Source: an uncultured Negativicutes bacterium
Lineage (GTDB): Bacteria > Bacillota > Negativicutes > JBAXTZ01
Reading direction: 5' to 3'
Length of the DNA: 64,000 nt
Assembly: GCA_963721525.1 (NCBI GenBank)
Contig: CAVRJL010000016.1
Coordinates: forward strand, 1 to 64,000
Shown: positions 23,457 to 34,341 of the stretch, one piece after another
Layout of the letters: each line of letters opens with the position of its first letter
Numbering within the stretch: the stretch's first letter is position 1
Notes under the pieces: model-generated
The model's input: only the letters and a program-made list of their open reading frames with translations
The model's database searches: none
What the model was told of the DNA's origin: nothing
Position numbers and translations under genes: made by a program

Positions 23457-24554
23457 ATGAGTACTAACTTAGAAATTGGTATATTGGGATTACCTAAAAC
23501 AGGTAAAACAACTCTTTTTAATGCTTTAATAAAGTCTATACAGGTTACAAATGCGTATACTACATATTCTATAGAGCCAAATATAGGGGTAGTGTCAGTG
23601 CCTGATGAGAGATTAGAAATATTAGCGAAAATTTTTAAAGCTAAAAAAACTACGCCTGCGTCAATGAAATTTGTAGATATAGTAGGGTTAGCTAAAGGAG
23701 CTTCTACGGGGTCAGGATTAGGAAATAAGTTTTTATCTCATATACGTACTTCTGATGCAATAATACAGGTAATACGTTGTTTTAAAAGTAAAAATTCATT
23801 AATGAAAGAAAATTCTCTTACACAAATAGATATTTTAAATACAGAATTATGTCTAACTGATTTAGATGGGGTTGAGCGAAGGATGGAACGTATAAAAAAA
23901 ATGAGTAAAAGTGGCGATTTCAAAGCAAAAGCAGAAATGAACATTTTAGGAAAAATAAAGGAAAATCTAGAAGATGGAAAACCAATACGTAGATTAAATT
24001 TATCGCTAGTGGAAATAGAAAATATAAAAGAATTATCTCTTTTAACTTTAAAGCCAATTTTATATGTGGCAAATATTAATGAAGAAGCTATATTAAATCC
24101 TGAAGAAAATAATGATGTAAAAGCGGTTATAAAAAATGCACAGGAGGAAGGCACTTTAGCTATAGTTGTTGCTGCAAAATTAGAAGCAGAAATAAGCCAA
24201 TTACTGGATAAAGAAGCAATTATTTTTGCTGAAGAAATGGGAATAAAACAAATGGGACTTACGAAACTAATTAAAGCGAGTTATAAAATTTTAGGATTAA
24301 TTTCTTTCCTTACAGCAGGGGAAAGGGAAGTGAAGGCTTGGACTATAAAAGAAGGATATAAAGCTTCAAAAGCTGCAGGGAAAATACATAGTGATATTGA
24401 AAGAGGATTTATTCGTGCAGAAGTAATAGCATATGATGATTTGGTTACCTGTGGAACAATGAATATAGCTAAAGATAAAGGTAAAGTCAGGCTTGAAGGG
24501 AAAGAATATGTAGTAAAAGATGGAGATATTATCAACTTTAGGTTTAATGTTTAA
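23457..24554 (+). CDS. ychF: Ribosome-binding ATPase YchF
   Basis: GLGNKFLSHIR, AAGKIHSD, GFIRAEV, EGKEYVVKDGD, FRFNV. Confidence 0.97.
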   Translation: MSTNLEIGILGLPKTGKTTLFNALIKSIQVTNAYTTYSIEPNIGVVSVPDERLEILAKIFKAKKTTPASMKFVDIVGLAKGASTGSGLGNKFLSHIRTSDAIIQVIRCFKSKNSLMKENSLTQIDILNTELCLTDLDGVERRMERIKKMSKSGDFKAKAEMNILGKIKENLEDGKPIRRLNLSLVEIENIKELSLLTLKPILYVANINEEAILNPEENNDVKAVIKNAQEEGTLAIVVAAKLEAEISQLLDKEAIIFAEEMGIKQMGLTKLIKASYKILGLISFLTAGEREVKAWTIKEGYKASKAAGKIHSDIERGFIRAEVIAYDDLVTCGTMNIAKDKGKVRLEGKEYVVKDGDIINFRFNV

Positions 24555-24590
24555 TAATATAATATTGTAAGAAGTATAAAAAACACAAAT

Positions 24591-25307
24591 ATGTTTAAAA
24601 TTTATTTATTTATTATGGGGATGGTTGATGAAAAAGTTAATATTAACAAATATAAAAAAGTTTTTAATAGTTATTATTTAAATAAATTGCAAAAATGTAA
24701 TAGTAAAAAAACTAGACAACAAGTTTTAAGTGCTGCTTTACTTTTGTCTTATATTACAGAAAAATATTTGGATATTTCGTTACAAAAAATGAAGATTAGT
24801 TTAAATAAACATGGAAAACCTTTTTTTGTAAATTATTCTAATATATTTTTTAATATTTCTCATTCGGGGAAGTGGGTAGCATGTGCTATTTCAAAGTATC
24901 CTGTGGGAGTAGATATACAAAAAATAAGAAAGCTAAATTTAATGAAACTTGCAAATAGATTTTTTTCGCAATCTGAAGTAAGCAAAATACATGAATTAAA
25001 GTCAGATTTGATATCGGATTATTTTTATAGTCTTTGGGTATTAAAAGAAAGCTATTTAAAAGCTACAGGTACAAGATTAGTATTTGCTTTAAATAATATT
25101 TCATTTCAACTAGCTTATAATGTAAACAAGAAAAATTTTAATGAAATTATTCAACTAAAATGCAATAAAAGTAACCAGTTTAACTATAAATTATATAATT
25201 TTAATAAAAATTATAAATTAGCATTATGTGTAAAGTGTGCAAAAAAGGTTGAATTACCTAAGTTTTTCCAAATAATAAATTATAGAAATAAAAAATTTTT
25301 ATGGTAG
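24591..25307 (+). CDS. Sfp-type 4'-phosphopantetheinyl transferase
   Basis: GKP, FNISHSG, VGVDIQ, WVLKESYLKATG. Confidence 0.92.
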   Translation: MFKIYLFIMGMVDEKVNINKYKKVFNSYYLNKLQKCNSKKTRQQVLSAALLLSYITEKYLDISLQKMKISLNKHGKPFFVNYSNIFFNISHSGKWVACAISKYPVGVDIQKIRKLNLMKLANRFFSQSEVSKIHELKSDLISDYFYSLWVLKESYLKATGTRLVFALNNISFQLAYNVNKKNFNEIIQLKCNKSNQFNYKLYNFNKNYKLALCVKCAKKVELPKFFQIINYRNKKFLW

Positions 25308-25336
25308 AAATTGAATATACACGTTAAAATTTTTAG

Positions 25337-25368
25337 TTTGAACTCATTTTATTTTGAACTCATTTTAT
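25337..25368. repeat. 16-bp tandem duplication
   Basis: tttgaactcattttat x2. Confidence 0.85.
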
Positions 25369-25562
25369 AAAGTTGCAAAAAATCATTATTAATTATATAT
25401 TATATTAAAGATAAAATCATGCCGGATATAGGTTAGATAATTATTTAATTTCAGGAATATATAATAATAATTTTTTTAAAAGTTAAAGTTATGGGGGTAA
25501 AATATTTTGGTTATAGTTCGAGTATAGTTTAGAGTAGCGTTTGTTATCTATTAGGAGTATGT

Positions 25563-26948
25563 ATGTGGAAAAAGATTTTTAGAACCAAAAATTTGATGGA
25601 CTTAACAAAAGAACAAAAACTAGCAAAAGTTTTGTCATCTTGGGATTTGATTGCTTTAGGAATAGGTTCTACTTTGGGGACAGGTGTTTTTGTTTTAACA
25701 GGAATGGAAGCGGCTAAAAATGCCGGACCTGCAGTTGCTATTTCATTCATTTTTGCCGGTATTACAGCAGGTCTGGCAGCTTTAAGTTATGCGGAATTGG
25801 CATCAATGATACCGGTTTCCGGAAGTTCTTATACTTATGCTTATATTATAATCGGCGAATTCATTGCTTGGTTAGTTGGATGGAATCTAATATTAGAATA
25901 TGCTGTTAGTTTAGCTGCTGTTGCAACAGGATGGTCGGCTTATGTGCGAGAGTTACTTAGTAGCTGTGGAATGATTGTGCCATCTTGTTTTGCGAGTTGC
26001 CCCAATATTTTTGGAGGTAAAATTGGAGGCGGGATAGATTTTTTTGCTGCCTTAATTACAATAATTGCTGGATGGCTATTATCTCACGGTGTTAAAAATG
26101 GGGCAAAAAGCAATAACTTTATGGTACTTGTTAAAATTACAACTATTCTCTTTTTTGTTGTTTTGGCAGCCCCAAGCATTGATATAACAAAGTGGCACCC
26201 TTTTATGCCATTTGGATTTAAAGGTGTTATTACAGCTGCATCTATTCTATTTTTCTCTTATTTAGGATTCGATACTGTCTCAACATCTGCAGAAGAATGT
26301 AAAAATCCACAAAAATCTTTACCTATAGGGATTTTGGGAACTTTAATTATTTGTTCCTTGTTATATGTTTGTGTATCATTAATTTTAACTGGAGTAGTAC
26401 CATATACGCAATTAAATACAGCGGCGCCTGTTGGATTTGCATTAAATTATTTAGGATATAAATTTGGATCTACAATTATTATTATTGGTATTTTATTTGG
26501 TTTAACGTCAATTATTTTAGCTACTTTATATGGACAAACAAGAATTTTTTTTGCTATGGCTAGAGATGGATTGATTCCTAAAAGGTTATGCACTGTTAAT
26601 GAGAAATATAAAACCCCAAATTTAATAACATGGATAACTTCTATATTTATTGCTTTGCTGGCAGCCTTAGCACCCATTGATAAAATAGTAGAAATGTCTA
26701 ATATAGGTACTTATTTTGCTTTTATAACTACTTCTATAGCGGTACTTGGTTTAAGAATAAAAAGGCCAGATATTAAAAGAGGTTTTCGTTGCCCTGGTGT
26801 ATGGGTCGTTTCTATCTTAGCAATTGCTATGTGTTTTTATTTTTCGGGACAATTAGTTTGGGAAACATGGATTAGATTTATATTATGGTCTATTATAGGT
26901 ATAATTATTTATTTTTCATATGGATACACTCATAGCGAAGGTGTGTAA
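25563..26948 (+). CDS. APC-family amino acid permease (YfnA/CAT-like)
   Basis: GTGVFVLTG, AGPAV, YAELASMIPVSGSSY, GFDTVST.AEE.KNP. Confidence 0.95.
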   Translation: MWKKIFRTKNLMDLTKEQKLAKVLSSWDLIALGIGSTLGTGVFVLTGMEAAKNAGPAVAISFIFAGITAGLAALSYAELASMIPVSGSSYTYAYIIIGEFIAWLVGWNLILEYAVSLAAVATGWSAYVRELLSSCGMIVPSCFASCPNIFGGKIGGGIDFFAALITIIAGWLLSHGVKNGAKSNNFMVLVKITTILFFVVLAAPSIDITKWHPFMPFGFKGVITAASILFFSYLGFDTVSTSAEECKNPQKSLPIGILGTLIICSLLYVCVSLILTGVVPYTQLNTAAPVGFALNYLGYKFGSTIIIIGILFGLTSIILATLYGQTRIFFAMARDGLIPKRLCTVNEKYKTPNLITWITSIFIALLAALAPIDKIVEMSNIGTYFAFITTSIAVLGLRIKRPDIKRGFRCPGVWVVSILAIAMCFYFSGQLVWETWIRFILWSIIGIIIYFSYGYTHSEGV

Positions 26949-26991
26949 GCATAAGTTATAACGTATAAAAATACTGACTGAAGAGGAAATA

Positions 26992-27435
26992 ATGGGTAGA
27001 ATATGGTTAGGGATAAGTTTAATGTTTTTTGCCTTCTTTCGTAAATATCTTAATCGTAAAATAATTTTTTTATTTTTATATTTTTTCTTAGTTTTAACAA
27101 TTATTACTATAGCAATAATTGTTAAAACTCAATTTTTTGATATAAAAATAAATTCACAACAATTAATTAATGCTTTAAAAAAAACTGACTACTTAATTAT
27201 AAATTATTATAGGCAAAAAGGTAATTATCCTTCAAAGATAGAAGATTTGTTATATGCTGGATATAAAATTCCTTTATTGCCTAAAGGGTATAAAATAAGA
27301 GAAGGATTTAATCTTACTGCTAATGAAATTATTTATATAAATAAAATAACTAATTTTAGTACTGCGCATAAAGCAGCAGTCATGATTAATTTTCAAGCTT
27401 ATGATATCGATCATCTGACAAAAATTATTGAATAG
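26992..27435 (+). CDS. Hypothetical membrane-anchored protein, weakly pseudopilin-like
   Basis: N-terminal hydrophobic helix, then YY...GNYP...EDL; GAGG RBS. Confidence 0.55.
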   Translation: MGRIWLGISLMFFAFFRKYLNRKIIFLFLYFFLVLTIITIAIIVKTQFFDIKINSQQLINALKKTDYLIINYYRQKGNYPSKIEDLLYAGYKIPLLPKGYKIREGFNLTANEIIYINKITNFSTAHKAAVMINFQAYDIDHLTKIIE

Positions 27436-27473
27436 GGAAACAGTTTTAAAAACATTTAAGGGATAATTTATTT

Positions 27474-29357
27474 ATGCATAATAAATATGATGTTGTTATT
27501 ATAGGAGCAGGGCATGCAGGAGTAGAAGCAAGTTTGGCATCAGCACGTCTAGGATGTAAAACTCTTTTGGCTACTTTAAATGCTGATTTTATTGCACAAA
27601 TGCCTTGTAATCCTGCGATTGGTGGATCTGCTAAAAGTCATATAGTTAGAGAAATCGACGCTTTAGGTGGACAAATGGGCTCTAGTGCAGATAGAGCTTG
27701 TATACAAATGCGAATGTTAAATACTGGCAAAGGTTCGGCAGTTCATTCTCTGCGAGCACAAGTAGATAAATTTATATACAGTCGTATTATGAAAGAAATT
27801 GTTGAAAATACGACTAACTTGTATTTGAAGCAAGTTTCCATTGAAGAAATATTGATTAGCGAAAAGTCAGTTTATGGTGTACGCTTTGAGACAGGTGAAA
27901 TTATTGAAGCAAGCTCAATAGTTATATGTGTTGGGACGTTTTTGCGTGGACGGATTATAATTGGGAATTTAATTTATAATTCAGGCCCTAATGGGCAAAG
28001 AAATGCTATAAAATTGGCAAATAATCTCGAAAACCTAGGAATTATTTTAAAACGGTTTAAAACTGGAACTCCAGCTCGTATTGATAAACGTAGTTTAAAT
28101 TTTTCAAAGATGATTATTCAGCAAAGTGAAAAGGAAGGTAATTGGTTTTCTTTTTTAACTCCTTTTTTACAAGAAAAGAATAAAAGTTCATTTTTAAAAA
28201 AAAGAAAACCTTGTTGGCTCACGTATACTAATTTCAATACACATAATATTATAAAAGCAAATCTGCATAAGTCGCCGCTTTTTACAGGTATTATTGAAGG
28301 AATAGGTCCGCGTTATTGTCCCTCAATAGAAGATAAAGTAATTCGATTTAGCGGTAAAGAACGTCATCAATTATTTATTGAGCCTGAAGGATTACTTACT
28401 AATGAGATGTATGTTCAAGGTATGTCTACAAGTTTGCCTGCTAATGTTCAATTGGCTTTTTTACGAACTATTAAAGGATTAGAAAATGTAGAGTTGATAA
28501 GACCAGGTTATGCAATTGAATATGATTGCATAGATTCATTGCAGTTAAATTCGTCATTAGAGTGCAAGAACATAAAAGGATTGTTTTCAGCAGGGCAATT
28601 CAACGGAACCTCAGGCTATGAAGAGGCAGCTGCACAAGGATTAATTGCTGGAATAAATGCTGCACTTAAAGTACAAAATAAAAAACCTTTTATTTTGCGT
28701 AGAACAGAAGCTTATATTGGAACATTAATTGACGATTTAGTTACTAAAGGTACGAATGAGCCTTATAGAATGATGACTTCGCGTTCAGAATTTCGTTTAG
28801 TTCTAAGACAGGATAATGCTGATATACGTTTAACAGAAAAAGGGCGTATTATCAAAATAGTTGACGATTTACGTTGGAAACTTTTCTCAAAAAAAAAATA
28901 TCAAATAGATAATTGTTTAAGTTTACTTAAGAACAGTAAAGTAAATCCTACTGTAGAAGTTCAAAGAAAACTAACTTCTATGGGAACAACTGCTTTGACT
29001 AATAGTTTAATTCTTTATGATTTATTGAGAAGACCTGAAACTAAATATGATGATTTAGTTACTTATTTTAATATGCCAAATGTTTCCCTAGATGTGAAAA
29101 AGCAAGTAGAAATAATTGCTAAGTACGAAGGTTATATTAATAAACAAAATGATCATGTAGAAAAACAAAAAAGATTAGAAAATAAAATAATTCCTAATAA
29201 TATTGATTATAATGTTATTCCCCATTTATCAATAGAAGGGAGACAAAAGTTAGAGTTAATTAAACCTTTTTCTATAGGGCAAGCATCAAGAATAAGCGGA
29301 GTAAGCGTTGCAGATGTATCTATTTTATTGATTTATATTGAAAATAAAGTGAAGTAA
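27474..29357 (+). CDS. mnmG: tRNA uridine-5-carboxymethylaminomethyl modification enzyme
   Basis: GAGHAG, MPCNPAIGG, GPRYCPSIEDK, GTSGYEEAAAQG. Confidence 0.99.
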   Translation: MHNKYDVVIIGAGHAGVEASLASARLGCKTLLATLNADFIAQMPCNPAIGGSAKSHIVREIDALGGQMGSSADRACIQMRMLNTGKGSAVHSLRAQVDKFIYSRIMKEIVENTTNLYLKQVSIEEILISEKSVYGVRFETGEIIEASSIVICVGTFLRGRIIIGNLIYNSGPNGQRNAIKLANNLENLGIILKRFKTGTPARIDKRSLNFSKMIIQQSEKEGNWFSFLTPFLQEKNKSSFLKKRKPCWLTYTNFNTHNIIKANLHKSPLFTGIIEGIGPRYCPSIEDKVIRFSGKERHQLFIEPEGLLTNEMYVQGMSTSLPANVQLAFLRTIKGLENVELIRPGYAIEYDCIDSLQLNSSLECKNIKGLFSAGQFNGTSGYEEAAAQGLIAGINAALKVQNKKPFILRRTEAYIGTLIDDLVTKGTNEPYRMMTSRSEFRLVLRQDNADIRLTEKGRIIKIVDDLRWKLFSKKKYQIDNCLSLLKNSKVNPTVEVQRKLTSMGTTALTNSLILYDLLRRPETKYDDLVTYFNMPNVSLDVKKQVEIIAKYEGYINKQNDHVEKQKRLENKIIPNNIDYNVIPHLSIEGRQKLELIKPFSIGQASRISGVSVADVSILLIYIENKVK

Positions 29358-29366
29358 GGAATATTT

Positions 29367-29720
29367 ATGCATATTTTTTGGCAACGTTGAAGAAAGCTTT
29401 TGTGAATTTAAATATAACAACAAATAGAACAAATTAATTATTATTATTAACCCTACTGACATTACTTAAGTTTTATGTTATTAAAAAGTATAGATCTTAT
29501 TCATGCGCATGCAGTAGCTTTCCTGATTATTTTAAGGGAGTTATTTTGTTAACACGAGAGATGTTTTTATTGTGAGCCAAGAAATATTTTTCTTAAAAGA
29601 AGCAGTAAAATATTAAATAAGTAACAATGTTTTGTACCTAATTATAATGATATACAGTTTAATATATATATATATTTGCGACGCAGTAACTCGAACTAAT
29701 AAATTACTCATTTGTAGTTA
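29367..29720 (+). pseudogene. rsmG: Degraded 16S rRNA m7G527 methyltransferase (rsmG/gidB) remnant
   Basis: Canonical position after mnmG; broken fragments QQIEQINYYY, SFPD (cf. AGFPG), RNIFLK, DAVTR (cf. VSRA); many stops. Confidence 0.55.
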
Positions 29721-29806
29721 TAAAGTTATACAAATAGTTTTTTAAATAGATAGGTTGTTTTATTTAATGTAAATGCTAATGATTGAAGGAGTAAAAACTA
29801 AATAAA

Positions 29807-31189
29807 ATGGTTAATAATAGTACGATAGCAGCTATCTGTACAGGGTTAGGAGAAGGCAGTATAGGAATAGTTCGTGTTTCTGGGAAAGATACTATAAATA
29901 CTGTTGATAAAATATTCAAAAGTAAAAAATATTTATCTGTTTTGCATATACCTGTTCGTTATGCTGTTTTAGGCAAAGTAATTGATGATAAAGGAGAAAT
30001 TGATGAGGTTTTATTATTAAAATTCATTGCCCCAAACAGTTATACTGGAGAGAATGTTATAGAAATTCATTGTCATGGTGGGCAAATTGTTTTGAGACGT
30101 ATTTTGAATGTTTTATTGAGAAATGGAGCGTATTTGGCGCAGCCCGGAGAATTTACAAAAAGAGCCTTTTTGAATGGTAAAATTGATTTGATACAAGCAG
30201 AGTCAGTAATAGATATTATTAATGCAAAAACTGACGCGGCACTTCAAGCAGCAAATCGAGGTTTATCAGGAATTTTGTCTTCCAAGGTACATACTATTAG
30301 AAATGAAATACTTTTTACGGTTGCTCACATAGAGGCAACTATTGATTATCCTGAAGATGGTATTGAAAATATTCAACACGAAGAAATTTTATCATATGTT
30401 ACAAAATGGGATAAACAACTAAATGATATTTTAGTGTCAGCAAATCGGGGAAACGTTTTACGAAATGGTCTATTAACAATTATATTAGGTCGGCCTAATG
30501 TAGGAAAATCAAGTTTATTAAATTTTTTACTGGGGCAAGAAAGAGCTATTGTTACTAAGATACCAGGTACAACAAGAGATATAATTGAAGAATATATTGA
30601 TATAGAGGGTATACCCATAAAATTAATTGACACAGCAGGGATTAGAAAAACTTCTAATCCTATAGAACAAATAGGTATTGAACGAGCACTAAAGGTAAGC
30701 AATGAAGCAGATTTAATATTATATATATTAGACTATTCTGAGAATATTCATAAGGATGATATTAGAAATTTGAAAAACTTAGAAAAAAAAAATATTCTGT
30801 ATATAGTAAACAAAATAGATTTGCCGAAAAAATTAAATTTTTTTGATTTAACTAAAAGTTTATCAAATAAACATTCAGTTGTTTATTGTTCAGCACAAAC
30901 TGGATACGGTTTAGATACATTGATAAAATCAATTAAAAAAACGATTGAAAATATAAAGGGAGCTTTCAATGATGAAGAGATAATGGCTACAGATAGACAG
31001 CTAGAAAAAATATATTTAGCAAAAAAAAGTCTAAAAAATATTATTCAAACCATTCATTCTAAAATTCCTTTAGATTGTATAACAATTGATTTACAAGATG
31101 GATGTGAGCTTTTAGGCGAAATTACTGGTGAAAGCATACAAGAAGATTTAATTGAGACTATTTTTAAAGAATTTTGCGTAGGTAAATAA
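29807..31189 (+). CDS. mnmE: tRNA modification GTPase
   Basis: TIAAI, SYTGE, HCHGG, GRPNVGKSS, GTTRD, FCVGK. Confidence 0.99.
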   Translation: MVNNSTIAAICTGLGEGSIGIVRVSGKDTINTVDKIFKSKKYLSVLHIPVRYAVLGKVIDDKGEIDEVLLLKFIAPNSYTGENVIEIHCHGGQIVLRRILNVLLRNGAYLAQPGEFTKRAFLNGKIDLIQAESVIDIINAKTDAALQAANRGLSGILSSKVHTIRNEILFTVAHIEATIDYPEDGIENIQHEEILSYVTKWDKQLNDILVSANRGNVLRNGLLTIILGRPNVGKSSLLNFLLGQERAIVTKIPGTTRDIIEEYIDIEGIPIKLIDTAGIRKTSNPIEQIGIERALKVSNEADLILYILDYSENIHKDDIRNLKNLEKKNILYIVNKIDLPKKLNFFDLTKSLSNKHSVVYCSAQTGYGLDTLIKSIKKTIENIKGAFNDEEIMATDRQLEKIYLAKKSLKNIIQTIHSKIPLDCITIDLQDGCELLGEITGESIQEDLIETIFKEFCVGK

Positions 31190-31212
31190 AGAATTTTGCG
31201 TAGGTAAATAAA
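31165..31212. repeat. 22-bp tandem duplication of the mnmE 3' end
   Basis: taaagaattttgcgtaggtaaa x2, spanning the stop codon. Confidence 0.95.
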
Positions 31213-31349
31213 TAAAATAAAAAAATAAATATTATAACAAATTTAGTGTATTTTTTTATTTGCTTATCTTTGGCACAATACTCAGTCGAAAGAAAAATTA
31301 ATAGGCATTTAACTTTGATTTTTTTATAAAGACAGTATTATCTTATGGA

Positions 31350-31740
31350 ATGAATTTATGAAAAAAATTAGTAATAATGACTGGACTAATTTTGGTTCTG
31401 TAAAAAATAAAACTATTTGCTAATGGTGCAATTATAAATTTGTGAAATAATTTAAAAATTAAAGATCAAATTAGAATTGAAAATAAATTAAGTGGGGAAT
31501 TTAATAATTGTAACAAAGTTATAATTGGAGATCCTATTTTAGTTAAAAATGGGGAAATAGTTTAAGATCTAATGATGTAACTAAATAATATACTTTCAGG
31601 ACAGCTATAGGAGTGTAAAACAATATATTAAGCTAAATATAGCGGGGAATTTTATTTAGCTTAGTTTACTTATTATTTGCGAAGCTTGAGATATATAAAT
31701 GAGTTGAAAATAAAAAGAATAAATTCTGCGACACTGTAAA
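31350..31740 (+). pseudogene. Phosphodiester glycosidase (NAGPA-like) remnant
   Basis: Fragments IIGDPILVKNGEIV and FRTAIGV resemble GP.LVKNG and RTAIG motifs; multiple stops. Confidence 0.5.
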
Positions 31741-31806
31741 ACAAAAAATATACAGTTGATTTGATTATATTAAATTAGGAAAATAAACTTAAGAGGTTCT
31801 TGTATT

Positions 31807-32706
31807 ATGAAAAAAAAAGATATATTTTTTGTTTTATTTGTAGTTTTTATATGGGGATTTGGTTATGCTGTTATTAAGTTAGGAATAAAAGGAGTGCCTC
31901 CATTATTTTTAGGAACTATTCGTTTTACACTTTCATCTATTCCTGCTATTTTTTTCGTTAAACGTCCTCCTATAAGTTGGAAATGGATAATTATTTTAGG
32001 GTTAACAATTAATGTAGGGCACTTCGCTTTACTTTTTACAGCTATAAAGTTAGGTATATTTGCTGGATTATCTGCTGTAATTATGCAAACACAAGTCCTT
32101 TTTACAATGTCAATGTCTGTGATATTCTTAAAAGAAAAATGGGATTGGAATAATATAGTTGGATTGATTTTAGGAATATGTGGGATAGCTAGTATAGGTT
32201 CTTGTTGCTTTAGTAGGGAAATGATAGGCCCCTTTTTGTTAACTTTATTAGCTGCTTTTTGTTGGGCGTTAGGGAATATAGTTATAAGCTACTGCAGTCA
32301 AAATATGGAAAATTTTTCGATGTTTTCTCTAATAACTTGGTCAGGAGCTATAGCAATCTTACCTTTTGCTTTATTATCTTTATATTTAGAAGGCTTCTCT
32401 TCATGGGTTTTTACAATAACTACTCATCCATTATCTTTTGCTTTTTCAGTTATTTATTTGTCTAGTTTAGCTACTATGATAGGTTTTGGATTATGGGGTC
32501 AGTTACTTAAAAAATATTCTTCTCTTTTAATAACTCCTTTTGCTCTTTTAATACCAATCGTTAGTATAATTAGCTGTAAAGTAATTTTTAGAGAAAAATT
32601 ACTTTTTTGGCAAAATATTGGCTGTTTGTTTATATTTTTTGCCTTATTGATAAATATTTTTGGCAGGAAAATAGTAAAGATAATAATAAAAAATAAAAAT
32701 TTATAG
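31807..32706 (+). CDS. EamA/DMT-family transporter
   Basis: IWG, VPP.FL..IRF, about 10 TM, ITPFALLIP. Confidence 0.93.
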   Translation: MKKKDIFFVLFVVFIWGFGYAVIKLGIKGVPPLFLGTIRFTLSSIPAIFFVKRPPISWKWIIILGLTINVGHFALLFTAIKLGIFAGLSAVIMQTQVLFTMSMSVIFLKEKWDWNNIVGLILGICGIASIGSCCFSREMIGPFLLTLLAAFCWALGNIVISYCSQNMENFSMFSLITWSGAIAILPFALLSLYLEGFSSWVFTITTHPLSFAFSVIYLSSLATMIGFGLWGQLLKKYSSLLITPFALLIPIVSIISCKVIFREKLLFWQNIGCLFIFFALLINIFGRKIVKIIIKNKNL

Positions 32707-32779
32707 TTATTCGAAAAAATAATTTTGAAACTTAGTCTTTTCCCCATAGTGAATATTTACTATTAGGTAGTAAATACTC

Positions 32780-33160
32780 AGTATATAACTACCTCTATTT
32801 CTTCAGGTATTGATCTATTTATAGGAACAGATCTTGGTTGAAGTTTTCAACTGCTGGTAGTTGCTACAGACGATAATATGCCGATGGAGTCATAAATGAA
32901 TATAAAGGATAGTCTCTTATCCTTGAATATTGGCGCTTATGTCCAACTTTTCCTCATCTACAAGTTAATGCTGACACAATTTTTAGTAATGCTCAAAATA
33001 ATAAAATCCATATTAAAATCCGCTATAATTTAGGGGCCTTACTACAACCAGCGATAGTGATAGAAAATTAACAAAATAAAGCAGTTCCGGTAAATTTAAA
33101 AAACATTAGCTATAAAATGATACAATCTGTACAACGTAACAATTTAATAAATGTGCTATA
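32780..33160 (+). pseudogene. Possible inverse autotransporter (intimin/invasin) beta-barrel remnant
   Basis: GIDLFIG...IKIRYNLG...KMIQSVQRNNLI resembles the V(E/Q)RNN end-of-barrel motif; in-frame stops. Confidence 0.4.
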
Positions 33161-33559
33161 CACCTTCCTAATAATTAATATATTTTTACTACAATAAAAA
33201 AGGATCTACTTCTTTTTTTTATCTCAACTAATTATTGTAACTAGATCAATAGTAAATATTAATGTTATTATAGAAGGAGTATAAAACTATAAGGTAACAA
33301 TGAAGCTAAAATTCAATTATTATGAGAAAAATGAGGAATAAACACAAGTTAAGTATACATATATTTATAAATGTATATACTTATTAATATATATTGTAAG
33401 AGGAGTTCTTGTATATTCAGACATATATTTAAAAATTAGTATTTGCATTAAGACGTATTATAAGCTATAAGATTAGCATAAATTCAAGTTCTACTAATAA
33501 GTACTTTGCCGAAGTGGAACTTATTTTTAGTAGTATTTTTATATACTTTATTCACTTAA

Positions 33560-33905
33560 AAAAGATGTAATTTTATCTTATTATTCACTTTGCTGAGAAA
33601 GTACTCATAAGAAATACAAACACGATACAAAATTTTTGGGATTAGGAAATAAATTAAAAGCTTTAGAATAAATTCCCTTAAAATAGGTTTTTTAAATTAA
33701 ACACAGTCTTTGAAAATATGTTAAATTTATCCAAAATAAAAATAAAACAGAAAAATTAATAAATGAATTATCTAAAATTAAAATAAATTATTTTATGAAA
33801 ACTATGGCAAAGGAATATAAAAATCCGAACGAAGCATTAAAAAATAATAGAGTATAATTTCACTATAATGTACAAGAGATTATAGAAGATATAAAAATGA
33901 AGTAA
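33560..33905 (+). pseudogene. Possible phage/plasmid toprim primase remnant
   Basis: TEKLINELSKIKI...KEYKNPNEAL resembles the toprim C-terminal YKDxNEAL. Confidence 0.4.
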
Positions 33906-34087
33906 TAGATAAATGTAATTAAATAAAAGAAAACTATCTGCTACAAAATTCAATAAAATGGTATATGCACGAATTTATACTAGAAGCTGAATTATTCTCT
34001 TTAAATAAGATAATTAGAATAGATGATAAAAACCGTAATGTATAATATGTGTTTAATTTGATTTTTTATAAAAACTTCTAAAATATA

Positions 34088-34115
34088 TTGAAAATCGTTG
34101 TTAAAGTAGTATAAT
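34088..34115 (+). promoter_or_regulatory. Sigma-A-like promoter
   Basis: TTGAAA-16 nt-TATAAT; predicted +1 near 34122. Confidence 0.45.
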
Positions 34116-34121
34116 AAAGTT

Positions 34122-34323
34122 GAGCCTGACAGAAAGCTTAGGAGAGAGTCCGATGACACAGAATAACTCAAAACTAACATAGTTAGACCAACTCAATGTG
34201 TTTGTAAAATAAACGAGAAGCAATATTAAGAATGGATACTGATGAATGTGTTTAAGAGTGTGGCTGAATAAGCGAGGTTGATGATCGAAATTAAATATCT
34301 TAGTCAAGTTTTCTGTTAGGCTA
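34122..34323 (-). mobile_element. Internally deleted IS1182/IS5-like element (MITE-size); alternatively a structured RNA
   Basis: 17-bp terminal inverted repeats agcctgacagaaagctt / aagttttctgttaggct (2 mismatches); minus ORF FDHQPRLFSHTL...NTLSWS resembles an IS5/IS1182 transposase N-terminus. Confidence 0.5.
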
Positions 34324-34341
34324 TTTTAAGTGAATTATTAA

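Noticed and set aside
34122-34323. RNase P RNA, glycine riboswitch, hammerhead ribozyme or retron msr-msd
   Set aside because: Only isolated words match (GGAGAGAGTCC, ACAGAA, CTGATGA..GAAA). The P4 partner, CTCTCAGG and hammerhead stems I/II are missing, and no reverse transcriptase is adjacent
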